Assembly (NCBI GenBank): GCA_965203295.1
Contig: CBDBCZ010000010.1
Coordinates: forward strand, 320,001-384,000
From: Nitrospirales bacterium
GTDB taxonomy: Bacteria; Nitrospirota; Nitrospiria; Nitrospirales; UBA8639
Length of the DNA stretch: 64,000 nt
Reading direction: 5' to 3'
The notes beneath the pieces are model-generated. The model saw only the letters and a list, made by a program, of their open reading frames with translations. It ran no database searches and had not been told where the DNA came from. Shown here in pieces: positions 41,963-54,570 of this stretch. Every line of letters starts with the position of its first letter. Within the stretch, counting starts at the first letter, position 1. The position numbers were made by a program, and so were the translations under genes.

Positions 41963-43811
41963 TATGGATGGCAACGCGGATATCATAGAGGTCTTGGATG
42001 AAAGTGGCAGAGGTGGAGTGAGAACAAATGCAGGACCCACTCTAACAGAACAAGACTGGCAATACCTGTGCAGAGGACAATGGTTAAATGACAATGTGAG
42101 TACAGCTTGCATTACATACTACAGTAATACCAGCTCTATAATTTGGTTCTAACAGTAGTATACTCACTGGTAACATGACTCAGTTTCCTCTTCCACTTCT
42201 ACTTTTATACATAGGTCATAACAGCATATCTGCAAATGATCAAGAGAGATGTACCGATGGTGAGCTCAAATTTTACTTTCAAGGTAGTGCTACGGACTAT
42301 ACACTTATCCACACAGGTAGTGGAAGTAATCAGCAGCCAAGTTACCACGAAGATGCTTAAAGAAGGTGTTGACAGTGTTGTGGGATACTACCGTAAGGTA
42401 CATGTAACCAACTGCTACATATAATGCTACCCAGAAAAAGGTGGGAAAGGGGACAGGATACAACAGGTTTCAAGGAATGGTCGGGGAATAAAACGATCCT
42501 TGGATGAAAACTAAGAAACACATGTACCTCTCTACTTTCAGTTACTGTGAAGTTTAACAAATTACAGAAACTATAATGGATGGAATATAAACCTTTTTTA
42601 CTCAGGTGCAACTTCTCAAAGCGAACAAACTCTTGATTGTCTTTAACCACCTTGACTGCCATTGGACATTGATGGTAACTGTGACAACTATGCATGGACA
42701 AGCCTACATGCTATTTACATACATGTACTGATTTTATTATACGTGTAGGTTGTTGACTTGAAAGCAGAGACAATGAAGTATTTTGACTCCTTTTCACCGG
42801 CATCTTCACCTTACTTCCAAGTTGTATGGTAGGTGAGCATTTCCTGTAGCACCTACACGTAACCGAGATATACTTACATGAAGAGTTGTTTACTGCATGT
42901 TGACACATATGTGGTAAACTGTACCTCCTAAAAGTATTGATTACCTTTCAGAAATTTTCTTGAAAAGAGAGCAGAAAAGGAAGGCAGAACGATTGATTTC
43001 AATCATTGGATCTTTACTGTGGAAAGGGTGAGGAACATATACATGCACCAAAATTGTAATTGTGCATGCATGTGGTTGCATTTTGTATAATTATTACATA
43101 CGTACACTTTTCTGCAGGATATACCCCAGCAATACAACTCCAGTGACTGTGGTGTTTTTGTTCTTCAGGTAGTTGCATGCCACTTTAGTATACAGTGATC
43201 TGTTCTAATAAATTCATTATGCCATTGTTTAGTATGCCAAATGCTGTGTTTTGGATCTCCCCATGACTTTCTCCCAGGTAAACCCAACAATTATATGTGA
43301 CAGTCCTGGGTAGAAAACTGTTAGTCCCTCATATAATTATGTTGATCATGTCACTGTGTTCAAAGTGCAGGATCTGTGAACTTCTGTTAAGGGTGGGGTT
43401 TATATGCAATGCGTGGCTGCATTGTTACTTGCAATTTCATTTACACAGAAGTTCAGAGATACAGCTAGTGCTGTGAATGCGGTGACACAATCAAATATTA
43501 TAATGCAACAGTTGATTTCTATATGGGATTGCCACATATCACTAAATATATATACATGACAAATTTACTGTACCTTATTATAGGCTGATATGCCCTCAAT
43601 TCGAAAAAGTGTATCAAGAGAGCTGAAGAGAGGTGCTCTGAATACATCACAAGATATCAGTTCTAGCCACAACCATGAGCATGCTACAATTTCGTCAGTA
43701 AACCACACCAATGGTAGCTTTGCTTCAGAGCCCAAATCTAGCACAATTGGTGAAAGTCTCAAAGCATCCAGTAGTATTAGTAACAGCCACACTGATAGAG
43801 TCACTAGATGA
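41963..43811 (+). CDS. Ulp1/SENP (peptidase C48) SUMO-protease domain on ~9 small exons, possibly lesioned
   Basis: GQWLNDN|VITAYL; NHLDCHWTLM|VVD..YFDS; DIPQQYNSSDCGVFVLQ|YAK..FSQ|ADMPSIR. His-Asp-Cys triad and oxyanion Gln present. Confidence 0.85.
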
Positions 43812-46800
43812 CTTTGATCTACAGCAGAATATTACCAAGCCCAGACCCATCGTACTAGATAGCAGTGATGACACAGAAACAGTCAACAGTTACAGTTTTG
43901 AAAGAAATCCTCCCCTCAAATCAGAAACTGATACACCAGTTACTTTCACTCCCTTACAGTGGGAAGCACTTCACAGTAACCTACAAGCTGTTTTTCCCCC
44001 TGATGACAAGTATACATATATCATTGAAGATTACCAGTCAAAACAGTGTGAGACATTTCCTGGCGCTCCAGGATTTGCATTTGACAGCCAAGTGCGCATA
44101 AACCTGAGGAACGAGAAAGAAGCGACAGAATGGCTACAAAATATGCAGCAACACAGTCTAACTACATACCGTGTAACACGTACAAGCAAACCAGGTCTTC
44201 GTCGAGTATTGTACAAAAGTGAGCGCCACTGCCAACACTTCAGAAAAAAGCTATCTGAAAAACAAACAGTAAAGTCAGCTCTAGCCCAGTCAAAGAAAGC
44301 TAGAAGACCATTAACCCTTTGAGCGCGGTACTTGATTATTCATAACTTCCGCGACGCGCGGAAGCCAATTTAATTTTTGTCTACGTTGCATGTGCTCGCA
44401 GTTTTGTAGAGTTGTAGGCTATTTTCCGTGCTGAACGGCAACACTGGAAGCCAGGGAGTGTAAAACTATCGTTGTTTAGTGTGTAGATGGTGTACTAAAG
44501 TCCCTACTAATGCAGAAGAGCGAATACAAACGGCAGCACTAAAGCTAACCTTGATAGTCGCCATTTTCGTGTGTCTGTCCCCTCAACTACAGTGGTGAGT
44601 CGCTTCTGTTACTTCGTGCTGGTTCTGTTACTAAGTGCTGCATCTGTACCTAAGGCCTCGTGCTCTGACTGCAGCCATACTCAGCGTTTTTGGCTTCAAA
44701 AGCCTTGTAGACGCTACCCGCGCCTTTGCCGCGTACTAACTGTGCTACACAACTAAGCGTCAAGTGAACGCTTCGAACGACTTGTGACGGGGGTGGAGCT
44801 TTAGATCGATTGCTAAAGACCGTGGGGTTATCCCCCTAAAGTGTCATGCGTGCCATAAAATTGGAAGGGTCTGACCCGTAGCACTTATTACGGCGAGCGT
44901 ATATATACGCTCGCCGCGATACGCGGAAGTAATTTTTGAGCGTATATATACGCTCGCCGCGTTCAAAGGGTTAACAGCAATGGTTCGAGACAAAAAGACA
45001 CAGTGTCCATCAAACCTCATTCTAACTGTGCAGGTACCTACAAAAAAGCAGAGACTAGCAGCAGAGTCAAAGCCACACTTGATAACACATAATGCTGTGT
45101 TAAAACTTCAATTCACACACAACCACCCAATCACTTCAGCACATGTGCTCAGTTTTCGAGATATTCTTGAAGAAACCAAACAGGCTTTCTTCACTCTGTT
45201 TGATAATGGCCACAGTCCATCTTCAGCACGCCATGCACACGAACAAGCCCTGTACCTGCAGGCTACTAGTGAGATGAATGCACAAAAAATTCTAGCTGAT
45301 CGTGCTAACAACCCACTCCTACAGGACATCTGTCGTCTCTTTACAAAGTGGAGAGAGCTTAACTATGGCAAAGATGATGGTAAGGAACTATTCCAACAGC
45401 TCCAGGAGAAAGTGGATGAATATAACACCAAAAACAGAGAAACAGGGGGGAAGGCCATCCTACAATGGTATGAATCTCTAGCTGAAAGCGAGGAATCTGA
45501 TGGTGAATCTGAAACAAAACCACCACCATTAAAAAAGAAGAAAAGGCCATCGAATAAGCCACTAATATTAGCAGTCTGCACCCCTCTTATGGCTAGGGCA
45601 CACAAAGAAGTGTGCCAGGCAGGTAAAATTGTCTTCTGTGACGCTTCCTCTTCAATGGATAGATTTAATACCTCCTTGTTCATGCTTTCTACAACACATG
45701 CCTGCTCAGGTATTCCTTTAGCAGTATTTATGGTCTCAGATGAAACTGAGGAAACAGTAAAACAGGCTATGGAGACAGTAAAGCAAGTTCTACCTTCTGA
45801 TGCTTTTTATGGCAATGGGCCATGTATTGGACCAGCAGTCTTCATGATTGATGACAGCATTGTTGAGCAGGCAGCACTCTCCCAGTCATGGCCATCAGCA
45901 CGTTTACTCCTGTGTACTTTTCACTTCCTGCAAAGACGATGGACATGGCTTCATGATGGTAAAAACAAAATACAGAATGAGGACCGGATCACTCTTATAC
46001 AATTAATAAGAACTCTGGTATACTGTAAATCAGAAAAGGAATTGCAAGCACAATATGTTTCCCTTACTTCATCAGCAACATCCCAAAAGTACCCTCACTT
46101 CATTAAACACATGACATCACTATGGGAAAAGCGATCCTTCTGGGCACACTGCTTCCGAACAGCTCTTCTAATCAGAGGTAACCATACAAACAATTATGCA
46201 GAGGCCGGGATTAAAATTCTGAAGGAACTTGTATTTGGGCGAGTAAAGGTTTATAATTTGGTTCAAATGTGCTATTTTGTCGTAGAAACATTAGAATTAT
46301 ACTATAAGCGAAAGCTAGTGAGTGTTGCAAACAACAGGCTGGAATCGTATATCGCTCTCCGATTTCAAGGGCTTAATGCCAAAAAAATCAGCAAAGAGGA
46401 TATTACTAAAAGTGATCACCAGGGGTGGTACAAAGTGAGAAGTCAGACAGTGAGAGGAAAGTACTATGATATTAACACCCACATTGGCGTATGCACATGT
46501 CTTCAGGGATTAGATGGTTCCCCATGCTCCCATCAGGCTGCAGTTGTTGTTACATACGGTGATGAATCTTGCAATTATATTGCAACAATTTCAGCTTCAG
46601 CGAGGAGAAATATTGCAAAACTGGCTCTTGGTGAAGGAGCTATACAAGACCTAGCTTTTTATACATCAGTTCATCAAAAACAACTGCAAAAGCAATATGG
46701 AAGTGAGCCTAACGATGGACCAACACAGGAATCAACATCTGAGAATAGAGAGCCGAACTTTGAGGGAACTGAATGGGACCTTATTAGGGCAGGCTCTCTG

Positions 46801-47307
46801 GACGATGAAATGGAGATTGATAACTCTACATTTGAATATAGCAAAGAGGAAGAATACAGTGCACTTTGTGACAGAATTGATGCAGTGGCTGAGACACTTA
46901 AGAACAAACTCAAAAGTCACGACCCACAACTCACTACTGGAGTTTCCAAATTTCTGGTACGGTTTGACAAGCTTTCAGGTCAGCATTCTTCTTCTAAATT
47001 GGCTACAGCCTTTCACCAGTTTGGATGGGAGATGGGTACTACAACAACACTACAGGCTGGCCAGCTAAGGCATGGCAAACGAATTGCTGTCCAGGCCACT
47101 GCCGCTGGGCGGAGGAAAAAGGGACGACCACGGGGTAAGGGAAAGGTGGTTGCTGGACGTCCACCCAAAGGCTCCAGTCTCAGTGCAGAGTCTCCACAAA
47201 GCATTTCCAGATACTGTATGCCAACTCGTAATGAACCCAAGGGTCGAAGGCTGCACTCATTAAAAGCAAATATACTACTTGGACAGCAAAATGCTGGAAA
47301 ATGGTGA
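43806..47307 (+). pseudogene. MULE transposase with SWIM, interrupted by a piggyBac MITE
   Basis: FCDAS, FMIDD, CTFH, TNNYAE, CTC..PCSHQ; removing the MITE restores RRPLT-AMVRDKK in frame. Confidence 0.92.
44315..44970. mobile_element. piggyBac MITE
   Basis: TTAA|CCCTTTGAGCGCGG..CCGCGTTCAAAGGG|TTAA. Confidence 0.93.
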
Positions 47308-47813
47308 TAGTTGAACTCATTAATTTTTACATGCTAACTATTCCTTTGATAATCTTTATAACAACTGGTAAACGTTTGTAACTAACCTGAACCATGTTCC
47401 TCTGTGATGTAAACTGGCATGGCTGGTCATGTCTCCGCCCAAGGTCAAAGGTCGAAATTCAATTTGCGCATGCGCAGATATGTAAATCAGAATTGTGCTC
47501 CAGAGACTAAGTCGAAAGTACGTCCAAAAAAAAAATTCGCCAGGGCCACTAGTGGATACTGCAACCATTTAGTGATGTAATACTATAATCAACCTGATGG
47601 TCCAGGTGTAATACTGCCAGATCCACCTTCCTAACATGGGGCTGGGCACAAGACTAATATGCTGGCTGCTATTGTACTCATTAGTAGTTTTCTGAATTTT
47701 AAGGAAACCACATATTGCCATTTACTGATACTGTAGTAGCTTTGCCTTTGATATGTATGGCTGCCATGTATGGCTGCCATGGTACAACTAATTAAATGTG
47801 GGATTTTTTTTAG

Positions 47814-48898
47814 GTCACTCCTCCAGTGTCCTTAAGTGCAAAGAGTGAAGCTACATTAGGGAACAGTCCAAGTTCTATGGCCGAAATCCCAAGGGCAAAC
47901 CGATTACAGAGTATCAAAAGCGAGTCAACGAGGAATCGGAAGCACTTTGTCTAAGCAACCCAGACCTTGCAGATCGAAATGTCTTGCTGGATACTGCGAG
48001 AGAGAGAGTGAATGCGTCGGGATACCAGTTCAAAAAAGGAAAATCGTGATCAAAGAGGCTGAACACCACTGATGAGGCTGAATCACCAAAGAGGAAGATC
48101 AGCAAAGACTACCGTATGAGCAGAATTAGTAAGCTTGAAGAGAAGATCAAGGACCTCACTGACCAAATAGGCTTTAAAGTGAAACGCCGAGAATGTGCCA
48201 GTAACATGAAGAACTACAAGGAATGTGACAAACTCACCGAGCACCTCTCTGCTTTAAAAAGTGAAAGGCGCCAGTTTGAAGTGGAACTCGCATCTCTAAC
48301 AAAGAAAGAAAAGAAGTCCCGGTGGTATTTTAGCAGAAGGGATGGCCAGGCTTCCCTTGTGAGCAGTTCTCCTGAACCCGTTTCACCCATGGACAACACT
48401 CGATGTTTCTTTCATGTTACGCGAGAAATAGCCTCCCCTACATCCTCAACCTCAAGTAATCGCTTTACAACGCCACCTCCAAGAAATGTGTTGTTGCCTC
48501 CCCGTACACCATCGGATGAGTCTTTGAATTTGTCTGCCTACTCAGGTTCCTCACATGCAACTCCGCTTACTTCTCCGTCTCCATCCTCACATGCCACTCC
48601 ACTCACTTCTCCGTCTCCATCCTTACATGCGACTCCACTCGCTTCTCCATCTCCATCTTCACATGTAGCTCTGCTCTCACCCACTTCACCACATTCAGAT
48701 GGCCAGGATACTGTTGTCCTCACTTCAGATGAAGAACCTCAACTAAACAGTAGCAGTAGGTGGCTTCAGCCTTCCAGTGCAAATAGCAAGTACTGCCAAC
48801 CAACTCTCAGAAGATCACAGTGATTCGTGTGGCCTGCCGATGGTCAGTCTCCAGATGATGCCTCCACATCTATTGCATCTGGTCAGCATTTTCAGTAA
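47814..48898 (+). pseudogene. Last exon of ORF1 of the unclassified element: NAB NCD2-like domain, coiled coil, Ser/Pro-rich tail
   Basis: IREQSKFYGR..ITEYQKRVNEESEALCLSNPDL.DRNVLLDTARERVNASGYQFKKGKS*SK; internal TGA at 48047 and 48821; ends QHFQ-TAA. Confidence 0.65.
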
Positions 48899-50818
48899 GG
48901 CCTCCCCAGTTTGCTGCACTGGGGAGGCCTACTAGTGAGCTTGTAGAGGTGTACAAAGAACAAAAGCAGACCCCACTGGTTCACCGTAGCAAGCAGCGAA
49001 TATGTGATAATGTTTACGTTTCTCTCATATCTGGTTTGTCACTTGCTGAGTATGTTGAGGCTCGAAGTGCATACTGCTCAAGTGACCATGCAGATCCATG
49101 CAGTAAATGTGAGCGTCTTTTGCTCGTCGCAATGATCATCCTTGAACAGAGCTATTGTACCCTAGCACAAGCCTTCAGAGTGGCATCCCCCGATGGAAGG
49201 TATACATCGGAAGTGGCTCGCCGACTACTCCTCCAAATGCCACTGGTCTCTGTTCGGATTGGCAATGCGTCCCAAGGCAACTCCTTTAGTATTCTGATGG
49301 AGAAGTTTGCTGGAACAGACTACAGGAAGCTAGGAGCAATCATAAATAGTTTAGCCATCAACAACACACATTTGCCAAAGGGAGTTTCTTTGGAGAAGTC
49401 TGTTGTTAAGATGCTGTTGAGTATTGCACAATCAGACCAGGAGCGTGAATGCCTGAGGTATGCCATTTATAAAGCTTCTGGCATGACACCATCTCAAGCA
49501 AGACGCACATATGGCTTTGAAGGTATGCAAGCACGTTCTTTGACTGTCGAAGCTACTATCACAGAGATACAGCAGATTCGACAAGCAATTGAAGATTTAG
49601 CATGTATCGCAGATCAGGCTTTACTAACAAGATTTGGCATTCCGGGAGTGAGTTGCACAACTTCGAGTGAATCTGAAGAAGAGGATGTGACTACCAGTGG
49701 ATATGGTCCAGCTCCCGTGATGGACGTTCGCTCCCCTCTTACCCAGGACTCGGGTTCTGAGCAGGGAACAAAGAGACCTCGCACCCCCCCTCCCGGTGGA
49801 TATGGTCCCGCTCCCGTGGTGGACGTTCGCTCCCCCCTTACCCAGGCCTCGGGTTCTGAGCAGGGAACAAAGAGACCTCGCAGCCCCCCTTCCGGTGGAT
49901 ATGGTCCCGCTCCCGTGATGGACGTTCGCTCCCCCCTTACCCAGGCCTCGGGTTCTGAGCAGGGAACAAAGAGACCTCGCATTCCCCCTCCCGGTCATCA
50001 GATGGGCAAGGATCCTTATCTTGGCTCTTATACTTGTACTGCTTCTTGGAATGTCGAACAGAATCAGTCCCTCCAGCACTTGGACCCTGGTTACTTGCAA
50101 GGACTCTTAAAACAGTCAAAGTACAACTGGTTTGAACTTGTGGAGCTGCTTGAGGACCTATTTCAAAATGACATCTCTGGTGAGGCAGAAAGTGTGTTTA
50201 CTCAAATCTCAAAGCTAGGACTTGATACGAAGGCATTTCACGCTACTGAGCAATCATATTTTGCTTACCGTGCTATTGAGAAGGAATTATATGAGGACAA
50301 TCACACTGACAGAGCTTTGAATGGAGAAGTTGTCAGTGACAGAGAATCTGATGACCCCGGTTCATACGTTGGGATTACAGATCCTTTCAGTGCAGCAGGC
50401 AAAGAGCTGGTAAGAAAAAAGCGAGTAGCAATTTATAGGAGAGCCAGAAGAAAACAAGCAAAAGCAGTAGCAGAGAGACGGTTTTTTTCTCGGAAGCTAT
50501 CCAATAAAACTAGTAAGATCCTGACGGAATGCCCAGGTATTGGTAAGGAGTTTGAAATTTTTGTTCAGTCCCATAACATCGGAGCTGATGCTTGGCGCAG
50601 AACTGGAGTTTTAACATTCGATGGAAACCTCCATGTAAAAGAGAAAGTCACGTACGAAAGGGTCCGTAAGCACCTTGAAGAAGTGTATAAAAGGAAGATC
50701 TCGTATGGTACCGTAATTCAAATGTGCGTAGCAAGGAATAAGAGAAGGCGTTCTGCGAAAAACTATCGTGGAATCGCCAAGGTTACTAGCAGACGTGCCC
50801 GAAAAGGCTTCAATTTAA
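48899..50818 (+). pseudogene. ORF2 of the unclassified element (putative transposase N-terminal half), no upstream ATG, cut by piggyBac insertions
   Basis: Open frame from 48859; GADAWRRTGVLTFDGN..ISYGTV..CVARNKRRRSAKNY..RRARKGFNL|KFN; three 99-bp repeats at 49699-49995. Confidence 0.7.
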
Positions 50819-51161
50819 CTCTTTCCCGACCATTGCGCATGCGCGTTACTACATCGTATGACCGTAGCAATTTTTTCAGTGCACGTGTTTTTTACACGGT
50901 TAGCGTCTATCGCCCTTAGCTCGTAAACGAAGAGACTTTTGTACGGACAACTAACCACAATCGGAAAGAAGAGTCCCTACACTCTCTTTTGATGTCAGGA
51001 TTATATAATCTTGGTGGGAGAATAGCAGCACACAACACCGGACATGTACAGGACCATCAAATATCAAGGTGAGTATACAAACGGTGGGGGTATAAACTTA
51101 TATAAACAGTTATATAGCAGCAGCGAAGCTACAGAGAGGGTCCTAAATGTTGTAGCTGGCA

Positions 51162-54100
51162 TCACACTGAAGTGTAGTACCTCTCGAAGCAAGAGGGACC
51201 GTCGGAACCGTCCTGGGACACCAGGCAGAACGCCTTCCCGCACTGTCGACAGTGCATTGATGATTCGTGCCGTCTGTGGTTCTTATAGTTCCAGCACCAG
51301 TGACAGCGAGCAGTAGAACCCTTGATTGGGAAATGGCCCTGCCTTTCCTGAGTGGTAGCACCAGCTCTCCGCTTCGCTGGTGGGGGTACGCAGTCCTGGC
51401 TGGCAGCTTCAAGGATGGGTCCGGGCAAACCGTACCTCTGCCTGGTGTTGTATTGTCCAATCAGGCGCAATGCAAGCTGCTGGCGGAAGTCTTTGATAAC
51501 AGCATGGCGATTGCTGATGGTGACGGGGCAGTAATGCTTGACGAGTGTGAAGGCATTGACTATGCAGCATTCAAAGAGAAACCAGAAGATGTACTTATAG
51601 CACTTCTTGGACTTGGTTCTCAGCCTGTAGTATCCCCGGAGCTGGTCACATCTGTCAACCCCCCCCCCCATGAACTTGTTATATGCGACTACATTCGGGG
51701 GGCATGTCACGGACTCGACCTGCCCGTCTTTCTGCTTGCGCCTCACCGTTGTGGGACCAGTGGGCTGGCAGTTGGTCGACATTACAGACACCAGCTTCTT
51801 GTCTTGCCAGATGTTGGCCACAAGATTTCCCTTCTGCCGGAAGACTGACTCCCCTCGCTCCAGGGATACCTCTGTAAAATGGTAAGTGAATACATACTAA
51901 GGGATGGCTGCAACATGTATACATGCATTAGCTGCAGTAGACTGATAATTGATCTAATTATGACACATAATTAAATAAGCTGTTGGTTATGGTACCATAT
52001 TTGGTCAAAAAGCAGAGATTTGATGTAGATGGCATGATAACATAAGTTACCTTAGCATGTCCTTATATTGTGTATATATACATGTATGACATTGTGTCTT
52101 AGCAACTATTTCAGGATAATAATACTGTGTCATCTAAGCGTTCATATTTTTTAACCCTATTTGCAGGAAGCAGTTACCTGGGTGCTTGAGGTCTTCTGGA
52201 ATTCCCAGGCGATCTCGACGGAATATTCCGCAGGCATAGATGCCGTCCTCAAGCAGGTCTTCGAAGAGGCTAACTGTGGTGAAATAATTATCACAGTATG
52301 TATGATAATTCCCACCCACCAGAGGCCGTGTCAACTTTTTGACCACCTTCTCGCCCAAGTACTTCTCCAGAGCATCACTCTTCCCGGTGTACACCTCAAA
52401 GTCCGAGATGTAACCAATGACGCTATCTCCCCGTACCCACACTTTGAAGCCGCGTTTTATGGGCTTTAGCGGGAGGAACTGCTTCATTGCAGATCGGCCT
52501 TTAACCCTTTGGCTTCCTAGATTTGTGAATATTATTTTGGTCTGTGAGCTTACCTCCAGTAATCTGAATTATTACTGTCTCTTGCTAGGCTCTACTGCAC
52601 TGCAGAATGCCCTGAGGGAAATCCCCTGAGGCGCTACGCACGATGCGTTGCCGTGGAAACACGTGTTAGGTCACGTGACTTGTAAAAGCGTTGTAAACTT
52701 GTGATTTCAGGCTGAGCACGGTAGTTAGCTAAAGCACAGAAAATGATGACTGATAGGCAGTAGCTGCAGTATAGAATAGGCTCTGGAGATGCACAGACGG
52801 GTTACTGACACAGAGAACTTACAGAAACTGAGAAGACCAGAAGGAAGCACCGACCAGACAAGTTGCAGCGCGGACTAACGCAATAGCGCACGAGAGCGAC
52901 ATTTTTGTGGTTGTTATATCCGTACAGGAAGCTATGAATATTGATAAAATATATATCAGTACAGAGGTCAATACATGCGCAAAGTAAACAGGATATAATC
53001 GTTGTGGTTGCTGCGTACTACGCGGCACTACGTGGCTGATAAGAACGGGAATTTTAAGAGCGCTTTTTGGCGCTCTCGGAAGCCAAAGGGTTGAACTTTA
53101 TCATCACTTCGTCGATGGCATTGTCGCGATGAGGGCTGTAGTTGGCGAGAAAGGTGCGCTGTACGGCATCGATTACTGGCCGAACCCTGGCCAGACGATC
53201 GTATCCTTGCTCTCCATGAAGTGCAACCGTGGTGTTGTCGGTGAAGTGGAGGAATTTCTGAATCTCCATGAATCGCTTTCTGGAGATCCGTGATGCGATG
53301 GGGAAGTAGTGGTAACACTCATCCAGGGACCAGTAATCGTACAGCTCTGGGAGATGATTCAGCCCCATCAGAATGTGGAATCCCAGATACGCCCGGATTT
53401 CATCGGAGTTGGTTTCCCATGATTGAGCGGGACGGCTGGTACTGGCTGCTTGAGAGGAACAAAGTGCAGCATAGCGGTTGCTCTCCTGCACAATGTGGTC
53501 GATGAGCTCTGGTGTAAAAAACTCTAAAAACACCTCCATAGGGACAGCGCTCAGCTGGAAAGTTGGCCCAACGTCCCTTGTAAAGGGCTGTACAGTGACT
53601 TCGGAGTGCTCACTGGACCACCCATCTCTGTTCTCTTCCCCTACAGACCTAGAAGACCGTGTCTGAGATGCTGCTCGTGTAGGGGGCTGGGCTCTTCCTC
53701 GGCGAGACTTGGTCGGGGGTGGCGGCACTGGTCGTGATTGCCTGGCTCTTCCCCGACGCTGCAGTGGAGCTGGAGATGCTGCTCGTCTAGTGGGCTGGGC
53801 TCTTCCTCGGCGAGACTGGGTCGTGGGTGGCGGCACTGGTCGCGATAGCCTGGCTCTTCCCCGATGCTGCAACGGAGCTGGAGATACTGGCATCGTCAAC
53901 GGAGGAGACTGCATCCTGTTCAAGGGAGTTAGCAAGGCAGCACCAGAGGGACCTGGGAGAGAATCCGCCTGATCACCTGGCTCATCACCACCAGAAAGGT
54001 TACCTGTGCCAGTGTTGCACATTTCTGATGGCTCATCACTCTCACTATCTCCCTCCAGATCGTCATCATCAGTGTCATTCATGCCCAAGTCGTCATCACT

Positions 54101-54184
54101 GCCGGGGAAGATGAATTCTTCATCGTTGTCATCTCCACAGACGATCTGACAAACTTCACTGGCAGAAAATGATGATCTAGCCAT
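51162..54184 (-). pseudogene. piggyBac transposase interrupted by a nested MITE, one intron
   Basis: AIDEVMIKF|KGRSAMKQF, YCDNYF, MGGGVDRCD, Cys-rich C-terminus; intron ~52177-51873. Confidence 0.92.
52505..53090. mobile_element. piggyBac MITE with TTAA/TTGA flanks
   Basis: TTAA|CCCTTTGGCTTCC..GGAAGCCAAAGGG|TTGA. Confidence 0.9.
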
Positions 54185-54570
54185 CCCCAGAGATGCAGAA
54201 GCCTTTGCAGTAGCTGTAGTTCTTAAAAGAACTGGTTGTATTGCTGAGAATCTAGGATTGTGGAAAGCCGTGCCTACTGCAACAATCAGGAAATAGCGTC
54301 TCCGTTTACAATTAGCAGCCAATATTCATTGTGAATTATCTCAAAAATGTTTATACGGAAGCGCCATTGAAAGGCCAATCAACTTCTAGTACTATCCTTC
54401 GGGAATGCAATTACCTATACAGGGAAACCCCCTATGTTTTACGATCGGCGATCGAGACGCTTAAGTATACGCTATTGCGCATGACGCCGTATGGCGTCAT
54501 TGGTCGGGAAAGGGGTATGCGCGTCATGACGCCGTACGGCGTCATTGGTCGGGAAAGGGTTAAAGTTTAA

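Larger units (their letters stand above)
41503..47540 (+). mobile_element. MULE transposon carrying a Ulp1/SENP protease
   Basis: GCGAATTTTTTTTTTGGACGTACTTTCGACTTAG ~100-bp TIRs; 9-bp TSD CAGGGCCAC at 41494-41502 and 47541-47549. Confidence 0.95.
41389..47656. mobile_element. AcademH-like MITE (same family as 1842-2117) split by a MULE
   Basis: TAGTCTCGTGCCCAGCCCCACG..GGGGCTGGGCACAAGACTA; 9-bp TSD ATATGCTGG at 41380-41388 and 47657-47665. Confidence 0.9.
50819..54559 (-). mobile_element. Full-length piggyBac element
   Basis: TTAA|CTCTTTCCCGACCA..TGGTCGGGAAAGGG|TTAA (50815-50818, 54560-54563). Confidence 0.95.
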
